This document shows positions 10,697 through 22,212 of a stretch of 29,194 nt of DNA, in pieces. The notes below the pieces were generated by a model, which was not told the DNA's origin, did not search any database, and saw nothing but the letters and a program-made list of their open reading frames with translations. Made by a program: the position numbers and the translations under genes. The stretch comes from Octopus sinensis (lineage: Eukaryota): the NCBI RefSeq assembly GCF_006345805.1, contig NW_021833142.1, positions 1 through 29,194 of the forward strand, given 5' to 3'. Each line of letters begins with the position of its first letter. Positions within the stretch are counted from its first letter, which is position 1.

Positions 10697-11100
10697 TCTT
10701 TTACTTTTTTCAGCCATTTGACTGTGGCCATGCTGGACCACCGCCTTTAGTCAAGCAAATCTACCCCAGGACTTATTCTTTGTAAGCCTAGTACTTGTTC
10801 TATCGGTCTCTTTTGCCGAACCGCTAAGTTACGGGGATGTAAACACACCAGCATCGGTTATCAAGCGATGTTGGGAGACAAACACAGACACAGAAGCGTA
10901 TCCAAACACCGACATATATATACAAATATATACATTTATAAGACGGGTTTCTTTCAGTCTCCGTCTACCAAATCCACTCACAAGGCTTTGGTCGGCCCGA
11001 GGCTGTATTAGAAGAAACTTGCCCAAGGTGCTACGCAGTGGGACTGAACCCGGACCATGCGGTCGATAAGCAAGCTACTTACCACACAGTCACTCCTACG
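10693..11100 (-). mobile_element. SINE family D, full length
   Basis: Colinear reverse complement of the 6861 copy, including the head. Confidence 0.93.
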
Positions 11101-11427
11101 CTAAAAACACTGTAGATTGGATCTGCAACTTCAATTTGATACATTCCGAAAAATGTAAATGACGCATTGAGAAAACTTTTAATTGGCTCAACCTGCGTGA
11201 GGTGCCAGATTCTTTGGTAAGAAACGCTCAAGAGAACTGAACAGTGGGTCTTCAGTGAAAAAAAAAAAGCAACCAGCACCTCAGGCAACTATTTCAGCCC
11301 TTAAGGACTTGCACTCTAAAGGGGCTGTGGGCCACATCCAGGTCACGACCCCTGGTTGCCTTTATGCTGAGACATTTTAGCCACTTGGTCATCGGAGACT
11401 TGCGCATTTAAACCGCTTTTTTTTTTT

Positions 11428-11620
11428 ACTCTTTTTACTTGTTTCAGTCATTTGACTGTGGCCATGCTGGAGCACCGCCTTTAGTCGAGCAAATCGACCC
11501 CAGGATTTATTCTTTGTAAGCCTAGTACTTATTCCATCGATTTCTTTTGCTGAACCGCTAAGTTACGGGGACGTAAACACACTAGCATCGGTTGACAAGC
11601 GATGTTGGGGTGACAAACAA
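11428..11620 (-). mobile_element. SINE family D, 3' fragment
   Basis: Colinear with other D 3' halves. Confidence 0.9.
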
Positions 11621-12703
11621 ATCCCTCTCCGTTGAATCGGCTTTCAAAAATATACTTAAAAAAGAAATAATATTGCCTGTCATGGTAACGGTGAAACGTC
11701 TACGCTATCACAATGATTCACTCACAGTTACTTCCCTTAGTGATAAAATACGAAAATACTGCCTTCAAACGGTATGGAGTGGAGAGCTTCTTACCACAGA
11801 GCCTGATACCTCTCGGCGGTATCCGGTTCTTGTTAGATTAGTGGTTATAAAAGAAAAAGAATGGAAACTGTATCAGGAACCTCTGTGTCTCCTCCTCGTT
11901 TTCATCGACGTCTACTACTACGTCTTCTATTTATCTCCACATTACAAACTACGAAGCACATTGTATAAGGCCCACTTCATGCCCTCGCTTCACCTGTCAC
12001 CAATTATATTCCTGTAGGTACTAAATTCTAAGCGCTTCGTCCAAAGATCCATAAAACGCGACCCTCAATATAAAACAAGATCTCCTTACAGAAGAGTTTA
12101 TAATCTTCAGCCTTCAACTACACGGAAGGGTAGCACGGTGGAAGCATACTCAGGAATGTGGGGTATGTTGATCAACTCAAGTGAAATTTTAGTAATTTTT
12201 ATATAATAATTTGTTTTAATTTATGCGTGTTTTCTCCTACATATTTTCCCTGCAATTTTCTTGTCTTTTTATGAATGTATATAATTCGTCTAATTACACA
12301 CATCGTCCAACATTTTTCACCCTCCAGTCGTGTTTGTATATTTTCTACGTCTCACCCTACATATCTTTGTGAGATTTCTACTTAGCGTTTCTTTACATAT
12401 TTTTCGGTCTTTTCGAGACTTGATTGCTTGGCAGAATTAGTACAGCGTCGAGGAAAAAAATGCCATCACTTATTTGTTCTGATTCTTTACGTTCTCCGTT
12501 TATATCTAACAGAGGTCAACGCTACTTTCGACAGGATATACAAGGGACTGCTGAAACGTTCCTGACTTTAAGGGTGTCGCGAAAGGCCTGGTTGGGGGGG
12601 GGCAAACTTCCGAGGTCTTTTACAGGGCTTAGGAAAACTGGGACCGCTGCAATCAATAAGGGCGTAAATCTGAAATGGAAATATACGCTTTTTTTTTTTT
12701 TTT

Positions 12704-12909
12704 TACTCTTTTACTTGTTTCAGTCATTTTACTGTGGCCATGCTGGAGCACAGCCTTTAGTCGAACAAATCGACCCCAGGACTTATTCTTTGTAGGCCTA
12801 GTACTTATTCTATGGGTTTCTTTTGCTGAACCGCTAAGTTACGGGAACGTAAACACACCAGCATCGGTTGTCAAGCGATGTTGGGGGTGATAAAGACACA
12901 CAAGCATAT

Positions 12910-12967
<58 letters not shown>

Positions 12968-13073
12968 CATATATATATCTATATATATATATATATATAT
13001 ATATATAGATATATATATATATATACAATATATATATATATATATATAATATATATATATATAATATATATAT

Positions 13074-13123
<50 letters not shown>

Positions 13124-13146
13124 ATATCATATATATATATATATAT

Positions 13147-13188
<42 letters not shown>

Positions 13189-13311
13189 TAATATATAGAA
13201 ATTCGGGGTGAGTACTTATATAATAAAGGCCCGAAACATATGTACCGCGCTGAATCCTTGGCATCATGTTTTTTTTGATCAATTACATACATATTTATAT
13301 ATATATATATA

Positions 13312-13361
<50 letters not shown>

Positions 13362-13437
13362 GTGTTTGTGTGTGTGTGTATATATATATATACATATATA
13401 CGACGGACTTCTTTCAGTTTCTGTCTACCAAATCCAC
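12704..13437 (-). mobile_element. SINE family D with greatly expanded internal (CA)/(TA) tract and a ~90-bp foreign insert; head truncated
   Basis: 3' half 12704-12900; microsatellite ~12905-13395 with non-repeat insert ~13198-13290; resumes at ACGACGGACTTCTTTCAGTTTC. Confidence 0.85.
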
Positions 13438-13440
13438 GTT

Positions 13441-13627
13441 AGCATGCCGGACGAAATGCTGCTAATTTGTGAGTTCAAATTCGGCCGAGGTCGACTTTGC
13501 CTTCCATCATTTCGGGAAACGACGAAATAAGTACCAGTTGTGCACTAGGGGGTAAGGTGGGCGATGTAATCGACTTAGTGCCCTCACCATCCCCCAGAAC
13601 TTCGAGCCTTCTTGCCTATAGTAGAAA
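13441..13627 (+). mobile_element. SINE family C, 5'-truncated, diverged
   Basis: GAGTTCAAATTCGGCCGAGGTCGACTTTGCCTTCCATC…AAGTACCAG; followed by (TAG)n. Confidence 0.8.
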
Positions 13628-13639
13628 GTACTACTAGAA

Positions 13640-13640
13640 C

Positions 13641-13675
<35 letters not shown>

Positions 13676-14560
13676 TAGTAGTGGTGGTGGTGGTGGTGGC
13701 GCTGGTGGCGGTGCTGGTGCTGGTAGTAGTAGTAGTAATAGTGGTGGCGCTGGTGGCGCTGGTGGTGGTGGTGGTAATAGTAGTAGTAGTCGTAGTGGTG
13801 GTGGCGGTGGCGGCGGTGGTGGTGATGGTAGTAGTAGTAGTAGTAGTAGTAGTAGTGTGGTGGTGCTGTCAGCGTACTAATGCTTACAACTTTAGTAATG
13901 AATAGTTTTTCGTTTTTTAGTTATTGTTTTTGTCTTTCTTATCGCTGGCGTTGTTATTCCTGTTGCTTTTATTATTGTTGTTTATTGTTATTGTTGTTGT
14001 TGTAGTAGTAGTTGTTGTTGTTGTTGTTGTTGTTTATTCTTAAGCTCTTCATTCTTTCTCCGTTCGAAAATGCCAACCATGTTATTATTGACATTTATAT
14101 AATTGCCGCTATCACTTTCTCTCCTTAATCTTTTTTGTGGTTGTTGTTGTTGAGGCTGATGCTTTCGCTGTCGTTGATGCTGCTGCTGCAGCTGCTGCTG
14201 CTGCTGCTACAGTTGCTGTCTCTTCTTCTCTTTCTTCTTCTTCTTCTTTATCATTTTCTTCTTCTCTTTCTTCTTCTTCTTCTTTATCATTTTCTTCTTC
14301 TTCTTCAACTTCTTCTTCTTCAACTTCTTCTTCTTCTCTTACGTCTTCTTCTTCTTTATCATTTTCTTCTTTTTCTTCTTCTTCTTCTTCTTCTTCTTCT
14401 TCTTCTTCTTTATCATTTTCTTCTATTTCTTCTTCCTCTTCTTCTTCTTCCTTTTCTTCTTTATCATTTTCTTCTTCTCCTTCTTCTTCATCATCATCAT
14501 TCTCATCCACTTCCTCCATCTCCATCTCCTCCTCCTCCTCCTCATCATCATCATCTCTAC
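13640..14560. repeat. Trinucleotide repeat complex: (TAG)/(GTG)n, (TTG)n, (GCT)n, (TTC)n, (TCA)n
   Basis: Directly visible; gives the poly-V, poly-S, poly-L and poly-E ORFs. Confidence 0.95.
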
Positions 14561-14812
14561 ATGAATTTTTGAAGTTATTGTGGATCTTATCGCCACAATT
14601 GGTATCACGCCATCTTCGCTTGCTGCATTTTGGTCTCGCGGTACAAAGGTACTGCGATAGAGAGAGATGTATTCTGAAGAAGTAGACTACCCGACACCCA
14701 TTCAGCAAGGATCCGTATTACATGACACCTGTCTTGAAACCATTGACTTCATTCGCCAAGTATTCAAACAGACAATCGCCATTTGCGGTGGACATACGTT
14801 ATTATTATTAAT

Positions 14813-14844
<32 letters not shown>

Positions 14845-14858
14845 ATTATTATTATTAA

Positions 14859-15068
14859 GGCGGTGAGCTGGCAGAGTCGTTAACGCGCTGGATGAAATGA
14901 TTAGCGGTATTTCGCCTGTTGCTACGTTCTGAGTTCAATTTCCGCCGTGGTCGACTTTGCCTTTCATCCTTTCGGGGGCGATAAATTAAGTACCAGTTGC
15001 GTACTGGAGTCGATCTAATCGACTGTCCCCCTTCCACCAAAGTCATACCTTGTACTTATAGTAGAAAG
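14859..15068 (+). mobile_element. SINE family C (second-tail type), full length, between (TTA)n and (TAG)n
   Basis: A-box TGGCAGAGTCG, B-box GAGTTCAATTTCC, Meta-like domain CCTTTCATCCTTTCGGGGGCGATAAATTAAGTACCAG. Confidence 0.92.
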
Positions 15069-15122
<54 letters not shown>

Positions 15123-15130
15123 CAGCAGCA

Positions 15131-17000
15131 GTAGGCATCCCGCGTGAGCTAGGATGCAGAAGAGGTGTGTCAGCGTATGCGGACGATGTCACCGTGATAG
15201 TGTGGGATCTCTCTGAAATAGAGATGGTTGGCACTACGCGAAGAGCATAGGAAGCGGTGATAGGAGCAATTATTAACCAGGAAAAAGCAGTGGGCCTGCA
15301 GCTCGGCACCTGGAGAGGCAGATCCATGCCGACCGATAGCATTGTAGATTGCTGGACAGAATGACCCGTTAAGTTGTTCGGGGTCTGGTTTTTGTACGGA
15401 CCTCCAAGTGGACAAAAACTGGGGAGAGGTAATAGACAGGGTGCCCAGTCTCACCCAGAAATGGGCCGAGAGGAAGCTGTCCCTGAAAGGTCGGGCGGAG
15501 GTGGTGAATGCGTATATCACATCCGTCATATGCTACAGCCTGAATGTCGTCCCTTGCTCCACTTTGTGGCTAAACAGGTTGGTGCACTTGCTCTTCTGTT
15601 TCTGGTGAATGGAAGGGTACCGCTTATCAGACGTTCCATTTGCTATCAGCACTCGCTGCGTGGAGGACAGGGCGTGCCGTGGATGATGCTGCGCAGACAT
15701 GCGCTGAGGCTGTGACATCTCCAGCGATACCTTGGCGGTGAGCAGGTGTGGTCGCCCTTTGTTTGACACGCTCTTCCTCAGCTCGTCTCCTTAACGGAGC
15801 TAAAGTATTGGATCAGGCGTAGAACGAGACAGGGTACTTGGCACTTAGAGTGTCTCGAAGCACATACAGCTCTCCGCCAGTCGGGCAATGCGGTCGGTGG
15901 AAGTTCCACCTTGGAGTTTTATAGGAGATTAGTGGATTGCAAGAGCGACGACGATCTCGAAGAGACTCTGGACATTGAGAGAGATCAACTGGCTGGTCTC
16001 TTCCGGAGGATTTTGGAGCCGGGGCATATGAATAATTTCCAGAAATCTCTGGCCTGTCAGTGCTACCAGGGGGCGCTGCCGGTTCGTAATAAGCTCTACA
16101 GGCATGGATGTGCAGTCAGACGGTCTTGTCCGAGGTGCATGCGGAGCGAAGAAACCGTTCTGCATGCACTAGTATAGTGTCCATTCATTGCTGACTTGTG
16201 GAGCTTCGTCGAACAGTTATTGTCACGTGTGGGATGGATCCGGCTATCGTCTGAGTCCATCGTGAAGATTGCCCACCTCCTTCCTTTGGCCGGGAAGGCA
16301 AGGCAGTTTCTCTCTGTCTGGTGACTATGACGAAAAAGGTTGTATGGTAGACGCGTGGAGGCGCAATGGCCCAGTGGTTAGGGCAGCGGACTCGCGGTCA
16401 TAGGATCGCGGTTTCGATTCCCAGACCGGGCGTTGTGAGTGTTAATTGAGCGAAAACACCTAAAAGCTCTACAAGGCTCCGGCAGAGATGGTGGTGATCC
16501 CTGCTGTACTCTTTCACCACAACTTTCTCTCACTCTTACTTCCTGTTTCTGTTGTACCCGTATTTCAAAGGGCCGGCCTTGTCACTCTCTGTGTCACGCT
16601 GAATATCCCCGAGAACTACGTTAAGGGTACACGTGTCTGTGGAGTGCTCAGCCACTTACACGTTAATTTCACGAGCAGGCTGTTCCGTTGATCGGATCAA
16701 CCGGAACCCTCGTCGTCGTTACGGACGGAGTGCTTCCATCCATGGTAGACGCGATTGAAAGGGTACCGTCCTCTTTGGCCAAGGTCTCATTGACTTCTTC
16801 AGGTTCCACCTGAGAAGGACGGTGAGACTGGAGAGTAAGTTTCTTGAAAGGTAGGTGAATATAGCAAGGATGGTCCGTGCGAATGTGCCTCCTCTAAGTA
16901 TGCACCTGTAGGCCAGACGGAGTAGAAACAGTACTGTACTGCATATATTTTTTTAATCATTTTTATAACTTGTATATATTTATTTTAATATAAGTGTAAA
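15131..17000 (+). pseudogene. Tx1/L1-clade LINE ORF2, 5'-truncated and disrupted (RT C-terminal half + CCHC domain + 3' UTR)
   Basis: VSAYADDVTVIV (YADD at 15176-15187); KWAERKLSLKGRAEVVN; IRRSICYQH…GG; CPRCMRSEETVLHALV*C (L1-type C-terminal zinc finger); KVVW*TRLKG is restored by removing the B SINE. Several stops and frameshifts. Confidence 0.93.
16356..16741 (+). mobile_element. SINE family B, full length, young, with 11-12-bp TSD
   Basis: ATGGTAGACGCG at 16344-16355 and 16742-16753. Confidence 0.96.
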
Positions 17001-17006
17001 ACGATA

Positions 17007-17241
17007 CCTATTTCTTTATTACCCACAAGGGGATAAACATATAGGGGACAAACATGGACAGACATAGGTATTAAGTCGATTATATCGACCCCAGTGCTTA
17101 ACTGGTACTTAATTTATCGACCCCGAAAGGATGAAAGGCAAAGTCGACCTCGGCGGAATTTCAACTCAGAACGTAACGGCAGCCGAAATACCGCTAAGCA
17201 TTTCGCCCGGCGTGCTAACGATTCTGCTAGCTAGCCGCCTT
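17007..17241 (-). mobile_element. SINE family C (first-tail type)
   Basis: Colinear with 9288-9520. Confidence 0.92.
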
Positions 17242-17321
17242 GTAAAACAATACCACACACTCGCCTCCCGAGTTTCGTTTTCCATACAGCATGTACGATT
17301 CTTTGTTTACACATCTACGGT

Positions 17322-17741
17322 ACTCTCTTTACTCTTTTACTCTTTTACTTGTTTCAGTCATTTGACTGCGGCCATGCTGGAGCACCGCCTCTAGTCGAGC
17401 AAATCGACCCCGGGACTTATTCTTTGTAAGCCCAGTACTTATTCTATTGGTCTCTTTTGTCGAACCGCTGAGTGACGGGGACGTAAACACACCAGCATCG
17501 GTTGTCAAGCAATGCTAGGGGGACCAACACAGACACACAAACACATACACACACGCACACACACATACATATATATATACACACATATACGACGGGCTTC
17601 TTTCAGTTTCCGTCTACCAAATCCACTCACAAGGCATTGGTCGGCCCGGGGCTATAGCAGAAGACACTTGCCCAAGAGGCCACGCAGTGGGACTGAACCC
17701 GGAACCACGTGGTTGGTAAACAAGGTACTTACCACACAGCC
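17322..17741 (-). mobile_element. SINE family D, near full length
   Basis: Colinear with other D copies. Confidence 0.93.
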
Positions 17742-17766
17742 TTTGAATATATTTCAATTAATGTGT

Positions 17767-18262
17767 TACACAGTGCAGTAATGTATTTTTATTTATTAAT
17801 TTATTAAATTTTAGGCGTGAAAATGCTCATTTTACCACAGAAATAATTAAAATCTACAAAAACTATGAATACTTATCGGCCGCAGAAACCCCCGATATAC
17901 TGAGGAATCCGCGATATAAATTTACATATATTAGCCAGAAAAATCTGCGATGTACTGAGTGCGCGATAGGTGAACCGCGATATGGCGAGGGATTACTGTA
18001 TATATATATCTTTGCACGTATATCATTACGTGCGTCAATCTGAATATATATATTCACCTATCGCGCACTCAGTACATCGCAGATTTTTCTGGCTAATATA
18101 TATGTAAATTTATATCGCGGATTCCTCAGTATATCGGGGGTTTCTGCGGCCGATAAGTATTCATATTGCTTGTAGATTTTAATTATTTCTGTGGTAAAAT
18201 GAGCATTTTCACGCCTAAAAATTAATAAATTAATAAATAAAAATGCATTACTACACTGTGTA
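17767..18262. repeat. Long inverted repeat (~208-bp arms) derived from a pogo/Tigger-like DNA transposon terminus
   Basis: Arms 17767-17974 and 18053-18262 differ by about 6 substitutions and one 2-bp indel by eye. The left arm continues CCGCGATATGGCGAGGGATTACTG-TA, resembling a Tigger/pogo-type TIR (family assignment from memory). Confidence 0.9.
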
Positions 18263-18336
18263 GTAATTCAATTGACGTCTATCTACCTATACGTATGTTT
18301 TCCAGCCCATACCTGTGTACGGGTACATTCAATAGG

Positions 18337-18982
18337 CTAACATGTCTGGAATGTTTTACATATTTCCACAGTTTCATTCCTGGCATGTAATTGCAATTTT
18401 CTAATTAGCCGTGTCCTTTCTTAAATTTGGTGCTGAGGCAGTTAATTGCATAACCAAGTGCCCCGTTAATCAGTGGTACAAATCTAAAGTTATAGACCGT
18501 GTGTAGCATCAGTAGATTTCCCATTAGTTCGTCATAGTTGTTTACTTTTTACTCTTATCTCCAACATCATCTGAGAGTCTGCTGAGCATATACGCTTTTA
18601 ATCTCTCTATCCCAGAACACTAAATCTGGTCTGTTCTATCTAAATTTTCCCGGTTAAATTATTATTTTGCTCAGAAGCGCTCCACTAGTAGTCTTTCATA
18701 TTATAAATGAATATACCCTTCACATCATTGTTATTTCATATATTTTATTTTAATCGTTAATACTTTCATATATACGAATTGCTTTGTATAGTGTTTTAAT
18801 CACTATTTCATGTCTTTTAGATTAATGGCGGTGCTAACATTTCCGGATGGTCGCTCTTCGTGTGGGTCACATTTTTCGTGTAAATTCCATAATGTTTCTA
18901 ATGATTATCACAGGTGCATGTTTTACCTGCGCCTCGGCCCATTTTGTGCATCGCTTATTTTGTTGGTATTTCCTTGTTCTTG
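18337..18982 (-). pseudogene. Highly degraded REL-endonuclease LINE C-terminus (R4/Dong, NeSL or CRE group); not in the ORF track
   Basis: Ordered minus-strand motifs across stops and frameshifts: QEQ/EIPTK, CDN…VTH (decayed CCHC), HEIVIKTLYKAIR, DY*W, NRPDLVFWDRE (18635 down), NYDELMGNL…FVPLINGALGY, RKLQ…TVEICKTF. Confidence 0.75.
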
Positions 18983-19019
18983 TTTTTGTAAGAGCGTAGT
19001 TTTCAAAGTGAGATCTGAT

Positions 19020-19706
19020 ATCACGTGATCACGTGATCGAACAGACAATATATCACTGATCACAATGCGTTTTGCATCGTTTTCAGCTTCTGCAAAACGT
19101 CACTACTCCACTGCCTGTGCGAGCGGGCCAACATTACTCCCTGATCGGAAGGCTGCTCCTTCGCAGATTTTCCCCATTTCCAGTGGACTGGAGCAACGTT
19201 AAAAGAAGTGTCTTGCTCAAGAACAAAACACGCAGCCGATCAGGGAATCGAAATCACAATTTCACGATCGTGAGTGCAGAACGCCTGGGGAAGCACTCCG
19301 TCGGTTACGACGACGAGGGTTCCGGTTGATCCGAATCAACGGAACAACCTGCTCGTGAAATTAACGTGTAAGTGGCTGAGCACTCCACAGACACGTGTAC
19401 CCTTAACGTAGTTCTCGGGGATATTCAGCGTGACACAGAGCGTGACAAGGCCGGCCCTTTGAAATACAGTACAAACAGAAACAGGAAGTAGAGTGAGAGA
19501 AAGTGTGGTGGAAAGAGTACAGCAGGGATCACTACCATCCCTGCCGGAGCCTCGTGGAGCTTTAGGTATTTTCGCTCAAAAACCACTCACACAACGCCCG
19601 GTCTGGGAATCGAAACCGCGATCCTATGACCGCGAGTCCGCTGCCCTAACCACTGGGCCATTGCGCCTCCACGCAGAACGCCTAACAACTAGGCCACGCG
19701 CTTTCA
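19020..19706 (-). mobile_element. SINE family A (CORE-like), diverged, interrupted by a family B copy
   Basis: GTGGACTGGAGCAACG…GTGTCTTGCTCAAG is the reverse complement of the CORE-like block at 1350; the head resumes at 19673. Confidence 0.75.
19287..19672 (-). mobile_element. SINE family B, full length, young, with 11-bp TSD
   Basis: GCAGAACGCCT at 19276-19286 and 19673-19683. Confidence 0.96.
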
Positions 19707-20110
19707 TGAGATCTGATATAATACCTGTTAAATCAAGACATACTGTTTTTGTTATCTAAGTTATATTCCGTCAAACAAGCTTTTGATAACGTAGTATCAC
19801 ATGATAAGCAGAAAGCTCTAAATCTTTCCAGCTTATATCTCCTTCACCATCTGTCGGCGAATACATTCCGAGACTTTACTTACCAATTCTCGTGATGATG
19901 CTCTTTTTTTTTTTTGTTTCAGCATGAAGACTTAATCCGAAAATGCATTTCAACATTTTCTTTGTTCGTAGTTTGTCATTTTCGTTGTGTGACCCATTTG
20001 AGAGGATATGTGTTATTTCTTCGGAGATGGAACTACAAAGTAGTAACGTCCTTTATTAAGGATATTCTTTAATTCTTCCTCTCTCAAGATGGAATAGTTG
20101 GCTGATATCT

Positions 20111-20542
20111 CTCTTTACTCTTTTTACTTGTTGCAGTCATTTGACTGTGGCCATGCTGGAGCACCGCTTTTAGTCGAGCAAATAAACCCCAAGACTTATT
20201 CTTTGTAAGCCTAGTTCTTATTCTATCGGTCTCTTTTACCGAACCGCAAAGTTACAGGGACGTAAACAAACCAGCATCGGTTGTCAAGCAGTGCTATGGG
20301 GACAAACACACAGACACACACACCACACACCCACACACACACACCACACACACACATATTATATATATATATATATATACGACGGGCTTCTTTCGGTTCC
20401 CGTCTACCAAATCCACTCGCAAGGCTTTGGTCGGCCCGAGGCTATAGTAGAAGACACTTGCCCAAGGTGCTACGCAGTGGGAATGAACCTGGAACCATGT
20501 GGTTGGTAAGCAAGCTACGTACCACACAGCCACACCCACGCC
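20111..20542 (-). mobile_element. SINE family D, full length
   Basis: Colinear with other D copies. Confidence 0.93.
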
Positions 20543-20734
20543 TGTATGAAAATCTTTGTTCAATGCCCTACTCACCGTATGTACAGCTATTCTCCAGAAT
20601 AGCTGTAAGGGATTTTATTCTTTATTTCTTAATCCCTGACTTCTGTCACTACTCTGCAATTATGCTTGAATTATGAATTACACTCTAAAGTGATACCAAA
20701 TGTTTTGCTTGGTCGTACGTTCTTTCTAATATAT

Positions 20735-21440
20735 ACGTATGCATACATGTATGTATGTATCTATGTAAGTATGTATGTATGCAAGTATGAATGTATATAT
20801 GCATCTATGTATGTATGTTTGTATGTATGTATGTATCTATGTAAGTATGTATGTATGTAAGTATGTATATATATGTATGCTTGTATGAATGTATGTATGC
20901 AACTATGTATGTTTGTATGTATGTATGTATGTATGTTTGTCTGTATGTATTTATGTAAGTATGTATGTAAGTATGTATATATATATATATATATATGCTT
21001 GTATGAATGTATGTATGCATCTATGTATATTTGTATGTATGTATGATGTATGTATGTATGTATGTATGTATGTATCTATGTTAATATGTATGTATGTATA
21101 TATGTATGCTTGTATGAATGCATGTATGCATCTGTGAATGTTTTTATGAATGTATGTAATGCATCTATGTATGTTTGTATGAATGTATGTATGCATCTAT
21201 GTATGTTTGTATGAATGTATGTATGTATGCATGCATGTATAAGTGCGTGCGTACATGTATTACATGCATGTATATTGAATAGAATAGATAGTTTTATTAG
21301 AACAGAACCAATTCTATAGCATTTATATATATATATGTATATATACTCATACACACATACACATACACACATATATATACACATATATGTTCACACATAT
21401 ACATACAAACACACACACACACTCACACACACACACATGC
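20735..21440. repeat. (TATG)n-derived microsatellite with higher-order units, then (CA)n
   Basis: Directly visible. Confidence 0.95.
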
Positions 21441-21803
21441 ATACGTATCCATCAACATCTATGTGTAATTATTCAAATTATTGTTGCATAACTTCTAAAT
21501 CTTTCATTCTCATTGCCTGGCTTTTTTTTGGTGGGGGGTTGTGTTTTTTGTTTCTTTGTTGTTTTTCATTTTTCCTGTTATTTTTGACCGAAATATAATA
21601 ATGACTACTAAAGAGTGAGCTGATAAATAATTTATATGGCGTGCACCAAACTAAAACAGACACCCAGTAGGATTTTCGCTGACACCCTGTCGTTAATGAA
21701 GTTAGATGGTTAGTAACGATGGCTTCGTGTAGCGAATTGTTTACCGTCATACTTTCGTCTTTTTTGCAGTTTCCAGTTATCATTATGGTCTCGACACACA
21801 GAC

Positions 21804-22150
21804 ACTCTTTTACTCTTTTACTTGTTTCAGTCATTTGACTGTGGCCATGCTGGAGCACCGCCTTTAATCAAGCATATCGACCCTAGGACTTACCTTATGG
21901 TCTCGACAGATAGACACTCTTTTACTCTTTTACTTGTTTCAGTCATTTGACTGTGGCCATGCTGGAGCACCGCCTTTCGTCGAGCATATCGACCCCAGGA
22001 CTTATTCTTTGTAAACCTAGTACGTATTCCATCGGCCTCTTTGCCAAACCGCTAAGTTGCGAGGACGTAAACACACCAGCATCGGTTGTCAAGCGATGTT
22101 GGAGGACAAACACAGAAACACAAACATACACAACACACAACACACACACA

Positions 22151-22212
<62 letters not shown>

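Noticed and set aside
11116-11216. AG…GTAAGA-bounded candidate exon
   Set aside because: Stop codons in all three frames.
11592-12170. 141-aa ORF, and a minus-strand PEYASTV resembling CR1/L2 RPHLEYAS
   Set aside because: The ORF starts inside a SINE and has no recognisable motif; the 7-aa match has no supporting neighbouring motifs. Left unassigned.
5270-17000. ORF1 (5.3 kb) and ORF2 (15.1 kb) as one interrupted element
   Set aside because: Same strand and clade, but no endonuclease or RT N-terminal sequence is visible in the 8.6 kb between them, and ORF1 has its own A-rich end.
17769-17775. CACAGTG at both outer ends of the palindrome (RAG RSS heptamer; Transib/ProtoRAG-like)
   Set aside because: No nonamer at 12- or 23-bp spacing (the nearest ACAAAAACT is ~80 bp away), and the arm sequence derives from a pogo/Tigger-like end. 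Probably coincidence.
19900-20072. Strong polypyrimidine-CAG acceptor followed by ~50 open codons
   Set aside because: No recognisable protein motif or convincing donor; such sites are common in T-rich DNA.
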